Below the pieces are notes generated by a model. It made no database searches. It was not told the DNA's origin and was given only the letters and a program-made list of their open reading frames with translations. Positions 36,699-46,387 of a stretch of DNA of 64,000 bases are shown here, one piece after another. This DNA comes from a virus, in IMG/VR virus record IMGVR_UViG_3300028559_000015, positions 1 to 64,000 of that record; one strand, given 5' to 3'. The stretch's first letter is position 1. Each line of letters begins with the position of its first letter. The translations under genes and the position numbers were made by a program.

Positions 36699-37239
36699 CA
36701 AAGTATATTACACAGAAAAACAAATCAATAACTCGATCCATACCATCATTCGACAAATAGTCAATGACGATTGGAAGCCTGACTATGTAGTTGGCATTAC
36801 TCGCGGCGGACTAGTACCTGCGCTTAAGATCAGTCACTACCTTGATGTTCCGATGAACACTCTCAAGGTTAACCTGCACGATAACGGTGAAAGTGAGACA
36901 AATTGCTGGATGTCAGAAGACGCATTCGGTTATGTTCCCGTATCAGAACGAGCAACAGTAAAGAGTCGATGGGACACTAAGAAGCGTAAGAATATTCTTA
37001 TTGTAGATGATATCAACGACACCGGTGAAACGTTAGAATGGATCAAGAAAAGTTGGGAAAAATGTTGCTTACCCGATGAACCCGCATGGGAAACAGTCTG
37101 GGGGAACAATGTTCGCTTTGCTGTGTTAGTTAACAATGACACTAGCCCTACAGAAGTCAATTATATCGGGGAGTCTATCAATAAGACAGAGGACCCTCAG
37201 TGGTGTGTTTTTCCGTGGGAGTATTGGTGGAAACTCTAA
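36691..37239 (+). CDS. Type I phosphoribosyltransferase (Gpt-like)
   Basis: GITRGGLVPA; ILIVDDINDTGET; WCVFPWE. Confidence 0.9.
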   Translation: MVNKVYYTEKQINNSIHTIIRQIVNDDWKPDYVVGITRGGLVPALKISHYLDVPMNTLKVNLHDNGESETNCWMSEDAFGYVPVSERATVKSRWDTKKRKNILIVDDINDTGETLEWIKKSWEKCCLPDEPAWETVWGNNVRFAVLVNNDTSPTEVNYIGESINKTEDPQWCVFPWEYWWKL

Positions 37240-37628
37240 GAGACGACTTGATGGTTCAACAGCAGATAAAGACTGAATGGGAACATATGGTCGGTGTGAT
37301 CATGCTGAACCAAACAGGAAGAAAGCCTGTGAAATACGTACTGCCGAAATTCTTAAAAAAGTTTCCGAACCCAACAAGTCTCCTAAATAGCACAGTGGAG
37401 GATGTGATCGACATCATCAAGCCACTTGGTATGTATAACATCAGAGAGAAACGGTTGCGCCGTATGTCAGAGGACTACTTGACTTGGAATAAGCAAGATG
37501 CACTAGCCCTTTACGGAATCGGAAAATACGGTAATGATAGTTATGAGATTTTCTTTAAACAAAACTACAACGTAAAGCCCACTGACAAAGAATTAGTACG
37601 GTACCTAAATGATAGAAAAGATAGTTGA
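37200..37628 (+). CDS. HhH-GPD DNA glycosylase (MBD4-like; start uncertain)
   Basis: IMLNQT; PLGMYNIR; LYGIGKYGNDSY; PTDKEL. Confidence 0.85.
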   Translation: MVCFSVGVLVETLRDDLMVQQQIKTEWEHMVGVIMLNQTGRKPVKYVLPKFLKKFPNPTSLLNSTVEDVIDIIKPLGMYNIREKRLRRMSEDYLTWNKQDALALYGIGKYGNDSYEIFFKQNYNVKPTDKELVRYLNDRKDS

Positions 37629-37630
37629 CA

Positions 37631-37684
37631 ATGGCTGTAATTAAAGTAAGCGAATTATTCTATTCAATCCAAGGAGAGAAGTAA
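37631..37684 (+). pseudogene. Orphaned N-terminal fragment of queE
   Basis: MAVIKVSELFYSIQGEK-stop, duplicating the queE N-terminus. Confidence 0.85.
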
Positions 37685-37734
37685 AAAGTGAAAATGCCTT
37701 CTCCCTGCATAAATACTTGCAAGAGGAGAACATC

Positions 37735-38301
37735 ATGATTCAACAGGGAATATCACGAAATAGCCGAGAACATTCTGCTAAGAGGCACAAACGAGCAGAA
37801 TTGAAAAAAGCATTTGGCATTCACGCAGATCAATATGAAGCGATGCTGGAAGAGCAAAACCATACTTGTGCAATCTGTGGGAAATCGGACATATGCAATA
37901 GGTCCCTAGCAGTAGATCATTGTCATAAAACTAAGCGAGTAAGAGGGTTATTGTGCACCAATTGCAATATGGCTTTGGGGAAGTTTCAAGATGATGTTGA
38001 GATTGTGAAACGGGCAGTTGAATATCTAAGAAGGGAATATCAGGTTCCTCAAGTTGAAGACACAGTTGAACACATTTCGCATGATGACCGACCTAATTGG
38101 AAGATGCTTGTTACTACCCCAGCTGGAATGTTTCCGTCTATGGGACACGCAGCTAAACACTATGATGTCCACGAAACAACGATAAGAGGCTGGTGTCTTA
38201 CTGACAGCAAGAGAAAAAAGGAAGGGTTTAGTTGTGAAAAACTATATGTTTCCATGAATTATTTGAAGGAATATATCAATGAACAAAATAAAAGTATCTG
38301 A
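37735..38301 (+). CDS. Endonuclease VII-like HNH homing endonuclease with C-terminal HTH
   Basis: CAICG...LAVDHCH...VRGLLCTNCNMALG. Confidence 0.9.
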   Translation: MIQQGISRNSREHSAKRHKRAELKKAFGIHADQYEAMLEEQNHTCAICGKSDICNRSLAVDHCHKTKRVRGLLCTNCNMALGKFQDDVEIVKRAVEYLRREYQVPQVEDTVEHISHDDRPNWKMLVTTPAGMFPSMGHAAKHYDVHETTIRGWCLTDSKRKKEGFSCEKLYVSMNYLKEYINEQNKSI

Positions 38302-39121
38302 ACTTTTCTATTCAATACAAGGAGAGGGAAGATATTCCGGTGTACCAAGTATCTTCCTCAGAACATTTGGCTGTAACTTCACTTGCGGCGGATTTGGGAT
38401 GCCCAAAGGACAGATGTCAGACGAGCGGGCGAACATAAATCCAAAGGACTATTCTGAGTATGGTTCTCTGCCGCTTCTCTCCACTGGATGCGATTCATAT
38501 GCATCTTGGGATCCTCGATTTAAGCATCTGTCTCCTGTTAGAGACATTGATTCTATCGTCGATAGTATTATGAAGCTGCTACCGTTCGGAGAATGGAGAG
38601 ACGAACACCTCGTCATCACAGGAGGAGAACCTCTCTTAGGCTGGCAACGTGCCTATCCTGCGTTGCTCGGTCATCACAAGATGCAGGGCCTTAAGGAGAT
38701 TACATTTGAAACAAACGGTACACAAGAGTTGAGCGAAGAACTGTATGGGTTTTTGATCGACCGGGAAACTTCACAAAACAATCGACAGGTTACATTTAGC
38801 GTCAGTGCGAAACTAAGCTGTAGCGGTGAGTCTAGAGAACAAGCAATCTGTCCAGACATTGTTAGTAGCTACGAGAATGTTGGGTATGCATATCTCAAGT
38901 TTGTGATCGCTACTGAAGATGATGCTCAGGAAGCTCTTGAAGTAACCAAGCTATATCGTGATAGCGGGTTCGAAGGCCCCGTATATTTCATGCCGGTCGG
39001 CGGTGTCGAAAGTGTTTATCATCTTAACAACAAGAATGTCGCTGATCTTGCCATGCGTAATGGCGTTAGATATAGTGACCGGCTACATTTGCCATTGTTC
39101 GGCAACAGGTGGAGCACCTAA
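38279..39121 (+). CDS. queE: 7-carboxy-7-deazaguanine synthase (radical SAM)
   Basis: SELFYSIQGEG; GCNFTC...GCD; VITGGEPL; ETNGT; RLH. Confidence 0.93.
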   Translation: MNKIKVSELFYSIQGEGRYSGVPSIFLRTFGCNFTCGGFGMPKGQMSDERANINPKDYSEYGSLPLLSTGCDSYASWDPRFKHLSPVRDIDSIVDSIMKLLPFGEWRDEHLVITGGEPLLGWQRAYPALLGHHKMQGLKEITFETNGTQELSEELYGFLIDRETSQNNRQVTFSVSAKLSCSGESREQAICPDIVSSYENVGYAYLKFVIATEDDAQEALEVTKLYRDSGFEGPVYFMPVGGVESVYHLNNKNVADLAMRNGVRYSDRLHLPLFGNRWST

Positions 39122-39189
39122 ATAGTAATAGTTTATTACCCCTCGTATTGTATAAATAATGAAGACTATTTAATAATATGAGGGGAAAC

Positions 39190-39945
39190 ATGACAAATCC
39201 TATTAATAAAAAAACCACAGAACAGTTCATAAGCGAAGTAAATCCAGAGTTAGGTATTATGATATTAGGAGAGTATGTTAATACTGATACTAAGATCGAA
39301 TATCAATGCAAGCACGGGACCTACTATTCATTGCCCTGGCAAATGTTAAAGTTTAAGTATTGTTGTCGTAAGGGATATTACGAAAGCGGCAAAATGTGGG
39401 AAAAAAGAACTAATACCTTGCAAGAGTTGAAGGCACGGGCATCACGAGACCGTAAAAATATTGATGTTACAGAATGCTATATTGATACTTCCGGACGCTA
39501 TAAAAGACTAGCGAATATTAGATGCACTAACCATAATATATATTATAACCCCATAGCAAATAATAAAATAGGACAATGTCCAGAATGTTACAAAGAAGAT
39601 AATATGGAAAAGTTGAAGTTGGCACAAATAGCAGCTTGGTCAAGTCAGTCAACTGGTAGTTTTGTTAGTGAGAGCGAAACAAAATGGTTAGATTCATTAG
39701 AAGTTAAAGGTAGACAAGTGTGGTTAAAGGATGTACAATACAAAGTAGATGGGTATGATGCTGAAACTAACACTGTTTACTTGTACCACGGTAGATTCTG
39801 GCACGGTTGCCCAGATACATTTGATCCAGAAATGATTCATCCGGTGGTGAAGATACCAATGAAAGATTTATACGAGAAAACGATGATGTATGAAAACAAG
39901 ATTAGGAATGCGGGATATAACCTTGTGGTAGAGTGGGGAAGATGA
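39190..39945 (+). CDS. Putative homing endonuclease with C-terminal Vsr/PD-(D/E)xK-like domain
   Basis: SESETKWL; YKVDGY; HGRFWHG; GYNLVVEW. Confidence 0.75.
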   Translation: MTNPINKKTTEQFISEVNPELGIMILGEYVNTDTKIEYQCKHGTYYSLPWQMLKFKYCCRKGYYESGKMWEKRTNTLQELKARASRDRKNIDVTECYIDTSGRYKRLANIRCTNHNIYYNPIANNKIGQCPECYKEDNMEKLKLAQIAAWSSQSTGSFVSESETKWLDSLEVKGRQVWLKDVQYKVDGYDAETNTVYLYHGRFWHGCPDTFDPEMIHPVVKIPMKDLYEKTMMYENKIRNAGYNLVVEWGR

Positions 39946-41273
39946 AGCGAATCGGATTCCTAGTCAGTTCGCAGACATTAATTCCACACGGTGGTATAGG
40001 TCAGTTCGCAAAGAGTTTTTGTGAGCTAATGAACAGACAAGGGGTGCTGGTTGACATCATCACCGATAAAGCTCCGCAAGGATCAAGCAGCGACTTTCTA
40101 AATTCCATAGATGCGAATATCATCTATCCTAGTGAGCCGCTGCGTTACACTGATCACAGTGCCATTTTTATGTACGGTGATAGTTTCTGTTATGAACGAA
40201 TGGCGAACTTTCGTAACTCAATTGTCAAGGCATTAACTACTAATATTTATGATGCCTTTATTTGTAATACGTATGAGACTGTGCAAGTTGCAAGCACTAT
40301 GGGACTTGAGGATTGCATTCAAGTCATTGCTTACACTCACCTTGAGAGTCAAATCTTCAAAGACACCAAGAATCCTTTCTTAGGCAACGTCAATGAAATG
40401 ATGCGTAAGCAACTGGGTATCAACAATGTTGACATCGGAACACAAAGCAAGTTCAATCAACTACAATTTTGGGAGGAAGCTGCGTATCATCTTCCTATTC
40501 CCCTTCCGGAAAAGGGGTTGTTGCAAGAATACAACAAACCACGTGAAGGTGTTCTGTTCATCGGACGCTGGGAAGAAGGCAAAAATCCTGAACTCTATCT
40601 TGACTTGATTGAGCAGACTAGATTGCCCGCCCGTGTCATGACTAATGCTACTGGTGCTAAGAAGTTTGAAGAACGCTTGAAAAAGTTAGGTGTTGATTAC
40701 AAAATTGCGGTCAGCGTTATCGGGCAAGAGAAAGTGGACTTCATCACAAACTGCCGAGTAGCGTTCAATCCTAGCACTGTAGAAAGCTACGGTATTGCTT
40801 TCTATGAACAGACTATCCAGCTTCCTACATTTGCCCTTGAGAACCAGCGCTGGACTAACAACTTTGATAGTCACTTGTTCTTCACAACAACTAAGAAGAA
40901 TATGGCAGCGGATATTATAGCAGCATATAATAAGTACGATACCGCAGAGAAGTGGTATGCTAACGGGTATCTTGAATACTTCAAGGCGCATGAAGATCAA
41001 GTGTTCCATCATTGGAATGAGTGCTTCGGTAGCTTTACTGGTAAGCAATCTAATAGCAGTACTGCTAAGATATGCAATGAAACTACAGTAAAATACGCTG
41101 ATTTCATCGCTGCACTAAAGCGAAACATCATTTGTATAGATGATGTCAGGTCAGTACTCACAAACAGGCACAAGTTTCGTGTCATCTACACTGCTAAGGA
41201 CACTTGGCTAACTAAGGATCCTTCGTTTGAACCAGCAGAAGAACTTACTGGATTAGGATTATTTGAGTTTTAA
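39942..41273 (+). CDS. GT-B (GT4-like) glycosyltransferase
   Basis: HGGIGQF; LFIGRWEEGKNP; PSTVESYGIAFYE. Confidence 0.85.
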   Translation: MKRIGFLVSSQTLIPHGGIGQFAKSFCELMNRQGVLVDIITDKAPQGSSSDFLNSIDANIIYPSEPLRYTDHSAIFMYGDSFCYERMANFRNSIVKALTTNIYDAFICNTYETVQVASTMGLEDCIQVIAYTHLESQIFKDTKNPFLGNVNEMMRKQLGINNVDIGTQSKFNQLQFWEEAAYHLPIPLPEKGLLQEYNKPREGVLFIGRWEEGKNPELYLDLIEQTRLPARVMTNATGAKKFEERLKKLGVDYKIAVSVIGQEKVDFITNCRVAFNPSTVESYGIAFYEQTIQLPTFALENQRWTNNFDSHLFFTTTKKNMAADIIAAYNKYDTAEKWYANGYLEYFKAHEDQVFHHWNECFGSFTGKQSNSSTAKICNETTVKYADFIAALKRNIICIDDVRSVLTNRHKFRVIYTAKDTWLTKDPSFEPAEELTGLGLFEF

Positions 41274-41274
41274 T

Positions 41275-42123
41275 ATGAAAAAGATTTTGGTAACAGGCTG
41301 TTCAGGATACATCGGTTCGCACCTTTGTAAGCTGCTTGAACAGGACTATGAGGTATATGGACTAGATGTTAATAAACCTAAACATCCAGTAAAAGAATTC
41401 TTTCAGGTTGATATCAACAAGCCGTTCAAGACTGACAGAGAGTTTGACGCGGTGGTGCATCTGGCTGCGTTAGTCAACGTCAGTGAGAGTGAGGTGATTC
41501 CAATCATGTATTACATCACTAACCTTAACGGTACAATGAATGTGCTGAACAAGGTCAAGACGAAAAACTTCATCTTTGCTTCTACCGGTGCAGCAGCACT
41601 GTGTGAAAGCGCATACGGTATTAGTAAGAGAGCCGCAGAGGATGTAGTCACTGAATATTGTACGCGCCACACCTCTACTCCTTATACGATTTTTAGGTTT
41701 TATAACGTTCTTGGTTCGTCAAGTTATCCACCCACTAACCCGGATGGCTTGATGTACAAGATGATGGAATCTAGTTATACTAGAGAGTTCACGATCTTCG
41801 GTGATGACTATGACACCTCGGACGGAACGTGTGTGCGTGACTATGTTCACGTTGATGAAATCTGCGAAGCTATCAAGCTAGCAATCGAAAAGCCAGCTAA
41901 TAAGGTCGAGTGCTTAGGTCATGGTGTAGGTTACACGGTTAAAGAAATCTTTGACAAGTTCCTAGAAGTGAATGAGGAAGCGTTGTATAAAGACACCGAT
42001 GAGGCAATTCTTTGTAAAGTCGGCCCCCGTAGAAAAGGGGACATACCTCATAGCGTACTAAAAGATGTGTCCCCTTATATGAAAAATCTCTATGCTATAG
42101 AAGATTTACTCAAGCTACCCTAG
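41275..42123 (+). CDS. NAD-dependent nucleotide-sugar epimerase (GalE-like)
   Basis: TGCSGYIG; HLAA; YGISK; RFYNV; DGTCVRDYVHV. Confidence 0.92.
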   Translation: MKKILVTGCSGYIGSHLCKLLEQDYEVYGLDVNKPKHPVKEFFQVDINKPFKTDREFDAVVHLAALVNVSESEVIPIMYYITNLNGTMNVLNKVKTKNFIFASTGAAALCESAYGISKRAAEDVVTEYCTRHTSTPYTIFRFYNVLGSSSYPPTNPDGLMYKMMESSYTREFTIFGDDYDTSDGTCVRDYVHVDEICEAIKLAIEKPANKVECLGHGVGYTVKEIFDKFLEVNEEALYKDTDEAILCKVGPRRKGDIPHSVLKDVSPYMKNLYAIEDLLKLP

Positions 42124-43382
42124 TGCATCAACAGGAATGAGTTGAGAACGTCGTTGCGATTGGCAGAATCATCTCCGTCGCCCGGCTTAACGATAACGTT
42201 CCACTTGCCTACTTCCTTACTCTGAGGTGTCTTCATCATCTCATCATATGTCAATATAGATTCTGGCTGCACACTGTATTTTGCAGCAAGGCGTTGCTTA
42301 AGCGAATTGATTGCGTTTTTGTCTATGTAGAACAGCTTTCCTTTTTCATCGCGATCCAGAAGGTCTTTGAATAGAACTTCAGGAACAACTCTACTGTTCT
42401 TGGTTTTTTGGAAATCAATCTGCTTCTCTTCTCCGGGCTTCGCCCCCATCGAATAGTTGATCTTGAAGTTATTTGGTTTCGACCCTTGAGCGACTGATGC
42501 TAGTTTGGTGTAAGCATAGAAATCTACATTAGGATGCTTTTTAGCCAATGCATACGACATTGCGAGATATTGAGGAGAGAAGAAGTCGCCGGCATCATGC
42601 CAACGAATAACAAGTTTAGTTTTCTTGTCTTTCTTGTTGAACTTCTTGTCAGCCGCATCGATTTCTCTGCTCATCATGTCCATGAAGCCGTCAGGGTCGT
42701 TGTACAAGAAGTTCAGAAGCTGCGTTTGTCCTTCAGCGACATTCTTCCACTGAACATATCCGCCCTTCAGGGCGTAGCAATACGTCTGACATTCGCCTGC
42801 TCCGGGGCAAGTGTCGATTACCACGAATTTTTTATCGTCTTCGTCATACGCTAGTCCTTTAAGAGCAGGAAGACCCACGTTATAGAATACACTAGCAGTG
42901 CCATCACTGTGCTGCATCTTTTCATTCTGTTTGAGAACTTTAGATGGTCGTCTAGTTATCAAATCGCGTAGGGCATCTAGGTCGTATTTTTTACCGTCTT
43001 GGTCAACGATTGGAACTACTGAACTTCGGTGAATATAAGGCTTCTTGAACTTGTCCTGCTTAGTTTTGCCTGACACATACTTTTCAGTTCCGCGAGCAGT
43101 CTTTTTTGCTGCACCCGTCTTAGGGTCTGTGACAGGTTTACCCATGATACGATCTAGATAACCCTTCAATTCTTTTGGACTTAACTCACGCGCAGGTGCG
43201 TCAATTTTAGCTTCTTCGATTTCCTCATCTTCTTCCACGTTTTTTTCGTCAGGTGTTACTACGCCTGATGCATTGAGAAACTGATCTAACGTCATCACGT
43301 TCAATTTATCCGAAAACGGGGAAGAACCCTTGACTTCTTCCGAATTCTCTGTTATAAGATTAAGTATGTTTCTAATATCCAT
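42120..43382 (-). CDS. Gp88-like protein, late
   Basis: TCPGAGECQTYCYA; RWHDAGDFFS; FYAYTK; GATAAATAC promoter on the minus strand. Confidence 0.7.
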   Translation of the reverse strand: MDIRNILNLITENSEEVKGSSPFSDKLNVMTLDQFLNASGVVTPDEKNVEEDEEIEEAKIDAPARELSPKELKGYLDRIMGKPVTDPKTGAAKKTARGTEKYVSGKTKQDKFKKPYIHRSSVVPIVDQDGKKYDLDALRDLITRRPSKVLKQNEKMQHSDGTASVFYNVGLPALKGLAYDEDDKKFVVIDTCPGAGECQTYCYALKGGYVQWKNVAEGQTQLLNFLYNDPDGFMDMMSREIDAADKKFNKKDKKTKLVIRWHDAGDFFSPQYLAMSYALAKKHPNVDFYAYTKLASVAQGSKPNNFKINYSMGAKPGEEKQIDFQKTKNSRVVPEVLFKDLLDRDEKGKLFYIDKNAINSLKQRLAAKYSVQPESILTYDEMMKTPQSKEVGKWNVIVKPGDGDDSANRNDVLNSFLLMH

Positions 43383-43549
43383 GATAAGTCCCGCTTTATA
43401 TAGTGTATTTATCAAAAACCGGCAAGATAATAAAAATGCAATACGTTGACGACACTACATTGTTCTATATATCATGTGCATTGGTATTTGTGGCTATTTT
43501 ACTTAGTATACTCAAGCCTTTTAAAAATAACAGATAGTGGAGAACCCTC

Positions 43550-44140
43550 ATTAATATTTTTTATGTACACACTGATCCAGTCATCGCTGCACAGTCGATG
43601 GTTGATCGGCACGTAGTCAAGATGATTCTGGAGACGGCCCAGCTACTCTCTACTGCACATCGTGTTATAGATGGTGTAGAGTATGTAGGTCAGTCACAGT
43701 CTGGTCGCAAAGCAAAACGATGGCGGTTATCAGGTAATGCTGATGCTATTATGTATGCTGCTACTCATATTAATCATCCTTCAGCAGTTTGGGTTCGTGA
43801 AAACTCTGCCAACTATGCTTGGTTGTATGATCATCTTTTGGCTCTTGGTCGTGAGTACACTTATCGTTATGGTCGTACTCATCTTACAATTGATAAGCTA
43901 AAGGATATTCTCAAGGAAGCCCCTGAGCAGATCACAGAAAGCAAAGTAATGACTAAGATGCCATCTTGCATGGACAAGCAGTACATTGTTAGCTTAGACC
44001 CGGTTGTCAACTATCGTAACTACTACAATTACGGTAAGGTTAACTTACTGCGTTGGACTGAGCGCGGGCCTCCTAGCTGGATCGACGGTGAAGTTATTCA
44101 GCAGTCAGGTAAAAAGACGATATATACTATTGAAAGGTAA
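43550..44140 (+). CDS. Pyrimidine-dimer DNA glycosylase (DenV-like family), ATT start
   Basis: (I/M)NIFYVHTDP..AAQ...DRHVVKMILETAQLLSTAH; THINHPS..W. Confidence 0.85.
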   Translation: MNIFYVHTDPVIAAQSMVDRHVVKMILETAQLLSTAHRVIDGVEYVGQSQSGRKAKRWRLSGNADAIMYAATHINHPSAVWVRENSANYAWLYDHLLALGREYTYRYGRTHLTIDKLKDILKEAPEQITESKVMTKMPSCMDKQYIVSLDPVVNYRNYYNYGKVNLLRWTERGPPSWIDGEVIQQSGKKTIYTIER

Positions 44141-44144
44141 AAAT

Positions 44145-44591
44145 ATGTTTGACAAATTAAAGAAATGGTTCACTGAACCAATGTTTCCCGAAGAACAGCC
44201 GGCGGTTCCTGAACCAAAGCCCGAAGTAAAGCCTGAAGTAAAAGCACCCAGAAAGCCTAAGGTGGAACTCACAGACAAGGAAAAGGCTACTGCGGCTGGA
44301 GAACCTTACGTCGCTATTCTCAAGGTTGATTTGGATCCAAATGACATCAACAATGGTGCGTTTGATCTTGATTGGAACGACAAGTTCCTTCTCAATCTGA
44401 TTAAACAAGGTTATAAGATTCGCGCCGATGACACAGACGCTATGATCGTTGATCGATGGTTCCAAACTGTTTGCCGAAATATCGCACTTGAGGTATACGA
44501 GCAAGAACAAGCTGACCCGGATAAGCGGGAAAGTGATATGCGTGTTATTCGACAGCGTGATCTAGGCGGCGGGTATACGGAGGCAAGCTAA
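44145..44591 (+). CDS. Conserved hypothetical phage protein
   Basis: GEPYV...GAFDLDWNDKF...VDRWF. Confidence 0.7.
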   Translation: MFDKLKKWFTEPMFPEEQPAVPEPKPEVKPEVKAPRKPKVELTDKEKATAAGEPYVAILKVDLDPNDINNGAFDLDWNDKFLLNLIKQGYKIRADDTDAMIVDRWFQTVCRNIALEVYEQEQADPDKRESDMRVIRQRDLGGGYTEAS

Positions 44592-44673
44592 CCTTTTGGA
44601 TAAAAGGGCTTGACAACTGCTACTATTTTGTGTATTATATGCTTATTCATAGAGAAAATGCTAGGTAATAACC

Positions 44674-45906
44674 ATGGTCAGTAAGTCTAATAATTTCAAG
44701 TTTGCGTGGGTACCTAATAAGGAACCAATCACTGCTCGTCCCGTAAATGTTCTAGACAAGCTCCCGAACGACTACGATATTATCTCGGTAGATGTACAGG
44801 CTACGCAGTGTCTCGCTTCCCTTGAAAAGAGCATTCGGGATGAGCTAGCCAAACCTACTTACAAAAACACGAAGCCGCAGCGTTACGATCAACGACCCAA
44901 ACACCAGGAGATTGCGCTTGGTGTGTTTTTCACTGCTCGGTCATTCCAGCGTCCTGAAAACCAGCCTCATATTAGGAATATTGTTCTTAAGTGGGATTCT
45001 CGTCGTCCCGCAGCTATTCAAGTTTGCCACAATCCTGTTACAGATGAATACTACATAACCGACGGACAGCACACTGCGCTTGCGTATGCAATTCGTGCTA
45101 AGATGGGCTTGTTTCCTGATGTTAACCCTGAGGATTGGTTGAATCTCAAAGTAGATTGCATGGTAGTAGAACTTGAAGTCAACAAGGATGGTTCGGTTGA
45201 CATGAGTTTCTGTCGTGAGCATTTCATGGGTATCAACGGCGGTGACAAGTTGAAGCTAGCTGATTTTGATTTTTATCAGAATCATGTATTGGCTAAGCGT
45301 CAAGATTCACCCAACAATGAAACTCAGGACGAATATGAAATTGCTTTCAACAAGCAAGTGATTATGGAACAGAATGATGTCATTCCTGTTCACAAGAATT
45401 CTTCTGATCGCTTCAAGGCCGGTGCTCTTACTGGTGTTACTCACCTTAAGGATTTGAGCATTGAGGATGTAGAGTTCTTTAGTTCTAATCACAAGAAGTA
45501 TTGGCCTCAAGAACCCGTTGACGCTATGGAGCTTGTTCCCATGAAAACATTGCGTAAGCTGATTGTTTCTAAGATGCGTAATTCTAAGGAATTTGATTCC
45601 AAGGAATTCAAGAAGTTTATGGAAGATTTGAATGCAACAGTAAAAACTACTGCCGGTAGCTGGGAACAGCTTAAGAATTTAGCACAGACTACCTACGCAA
45701 AGTACTATCGTGAGATTATGGGTGACTTTGCTAAGTCTAAGGTTAGTGTTCCCGATGATGTGTCGCTCGTTCTTCTACTCAAGATGTATCGCGCCGCAGG
45801 TGGCAACTATAAGTGCATTCCTGATTCAGTATATACCCGATATACCGAGAACGGGGATGACCTGTTCAATCACTTGGAACCTGCTAAGAAAGAGTTGTTT
45901 AAGTGA
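44674..45906 (+). CDS. ParB/Srx-like (DGQH motif) domain protein
   Basis: FQRPEN...YYITDGQHT; own sigma70 promoter. Confidence 0.65.
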   Translation: MVSKSNNFKFAWVPNKEPITARPVNVLDKLPNDYDIISVDVQATQCLASLEKSIRDELAKPTYKNTKPQRYDQRPKHQEIALGVFFTARSFQRPENQPHIRNIVLKWDSRRPAAIQVCHNPVTDEYYITDGQHTALAYAIRAKMGLFPDVNPEDWLNLKVDCMVVELEVNKDGSVDMSFCREHFMGINGGDKLKLADFDFYQNHVLAKRQDSPNNETQDEYEIAFNKQVIMEQNDVIPVHKNSSDRFKAGALTGVTHLKDLSIEDVEFFSSNHKKYWPQEPVDAMELVPMKTLRKLIVSKMRNSKEFDSKEFKKFMEDLNATVKTTAGSWEQLKNLAQTTYAKYYREIMGDFAKSKVSVPDDVSLVLLLKMYRAAGGNYKCIPDSVYTRYTENGDDLFNHLEPAKKELFK

Positions 45907-46325
45907 TCAAGAATCTGCTATATGTTACTAAGGTGCTTGACAAGGTGAAGTTTGGGATATCAGGTGATCTTATCAATCGCTTTATAAATTACAACAAGGG
46001 AAATCAAAATTATGAAGTCCATGCGTTGTATGTTGCGGTTGAGGGTCATGCGGAACATATCCTGACATGTGAAAATTACTTGATGAGGACGTTGCACGAA
46101 TATCTAGAGAACCCCAAACAACTTGCAAAGCCTACCGAGTACGTTGATCCTAAATTTACCGATATAGATGTTGATTATGTCTCTACCCTGATCGAAAACA
46201 AGATCAAAAATCATCCTTTGCAGATTAAAAGGCTGAAAGGGGAATACGTTTCTGCTCTTAAAATCGATCCTGACATGATGGATAAAATTAAATTGTCGCC
46301 CCATAAGTACCTAGAGGACATTTAG
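45903..46325 (+). CDS. GIY-YIG-like (T5orf172-type) protein
   Basis: LYV...KFGIS...RF..Y...E. Confidence 0.5.
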   Translation: MIKNLLYVTKVLDKVKFGISGDLINRFINYNKGNQNYEVHALYVAVEGHAEHILTCENYLMRTLHEYLENPKQLAKPTEYVDPKFTDIDVDYVSTLIENKIKNHPLQIKRLKGEYVSALKIDPDMMDKIKLSPHKYLEDI

Positions 46326-46387
46326 GGCTTGACATATACTCATAAATAGCGTATTATCTATGTATATTATAAGAGTAAAGGTATCTC

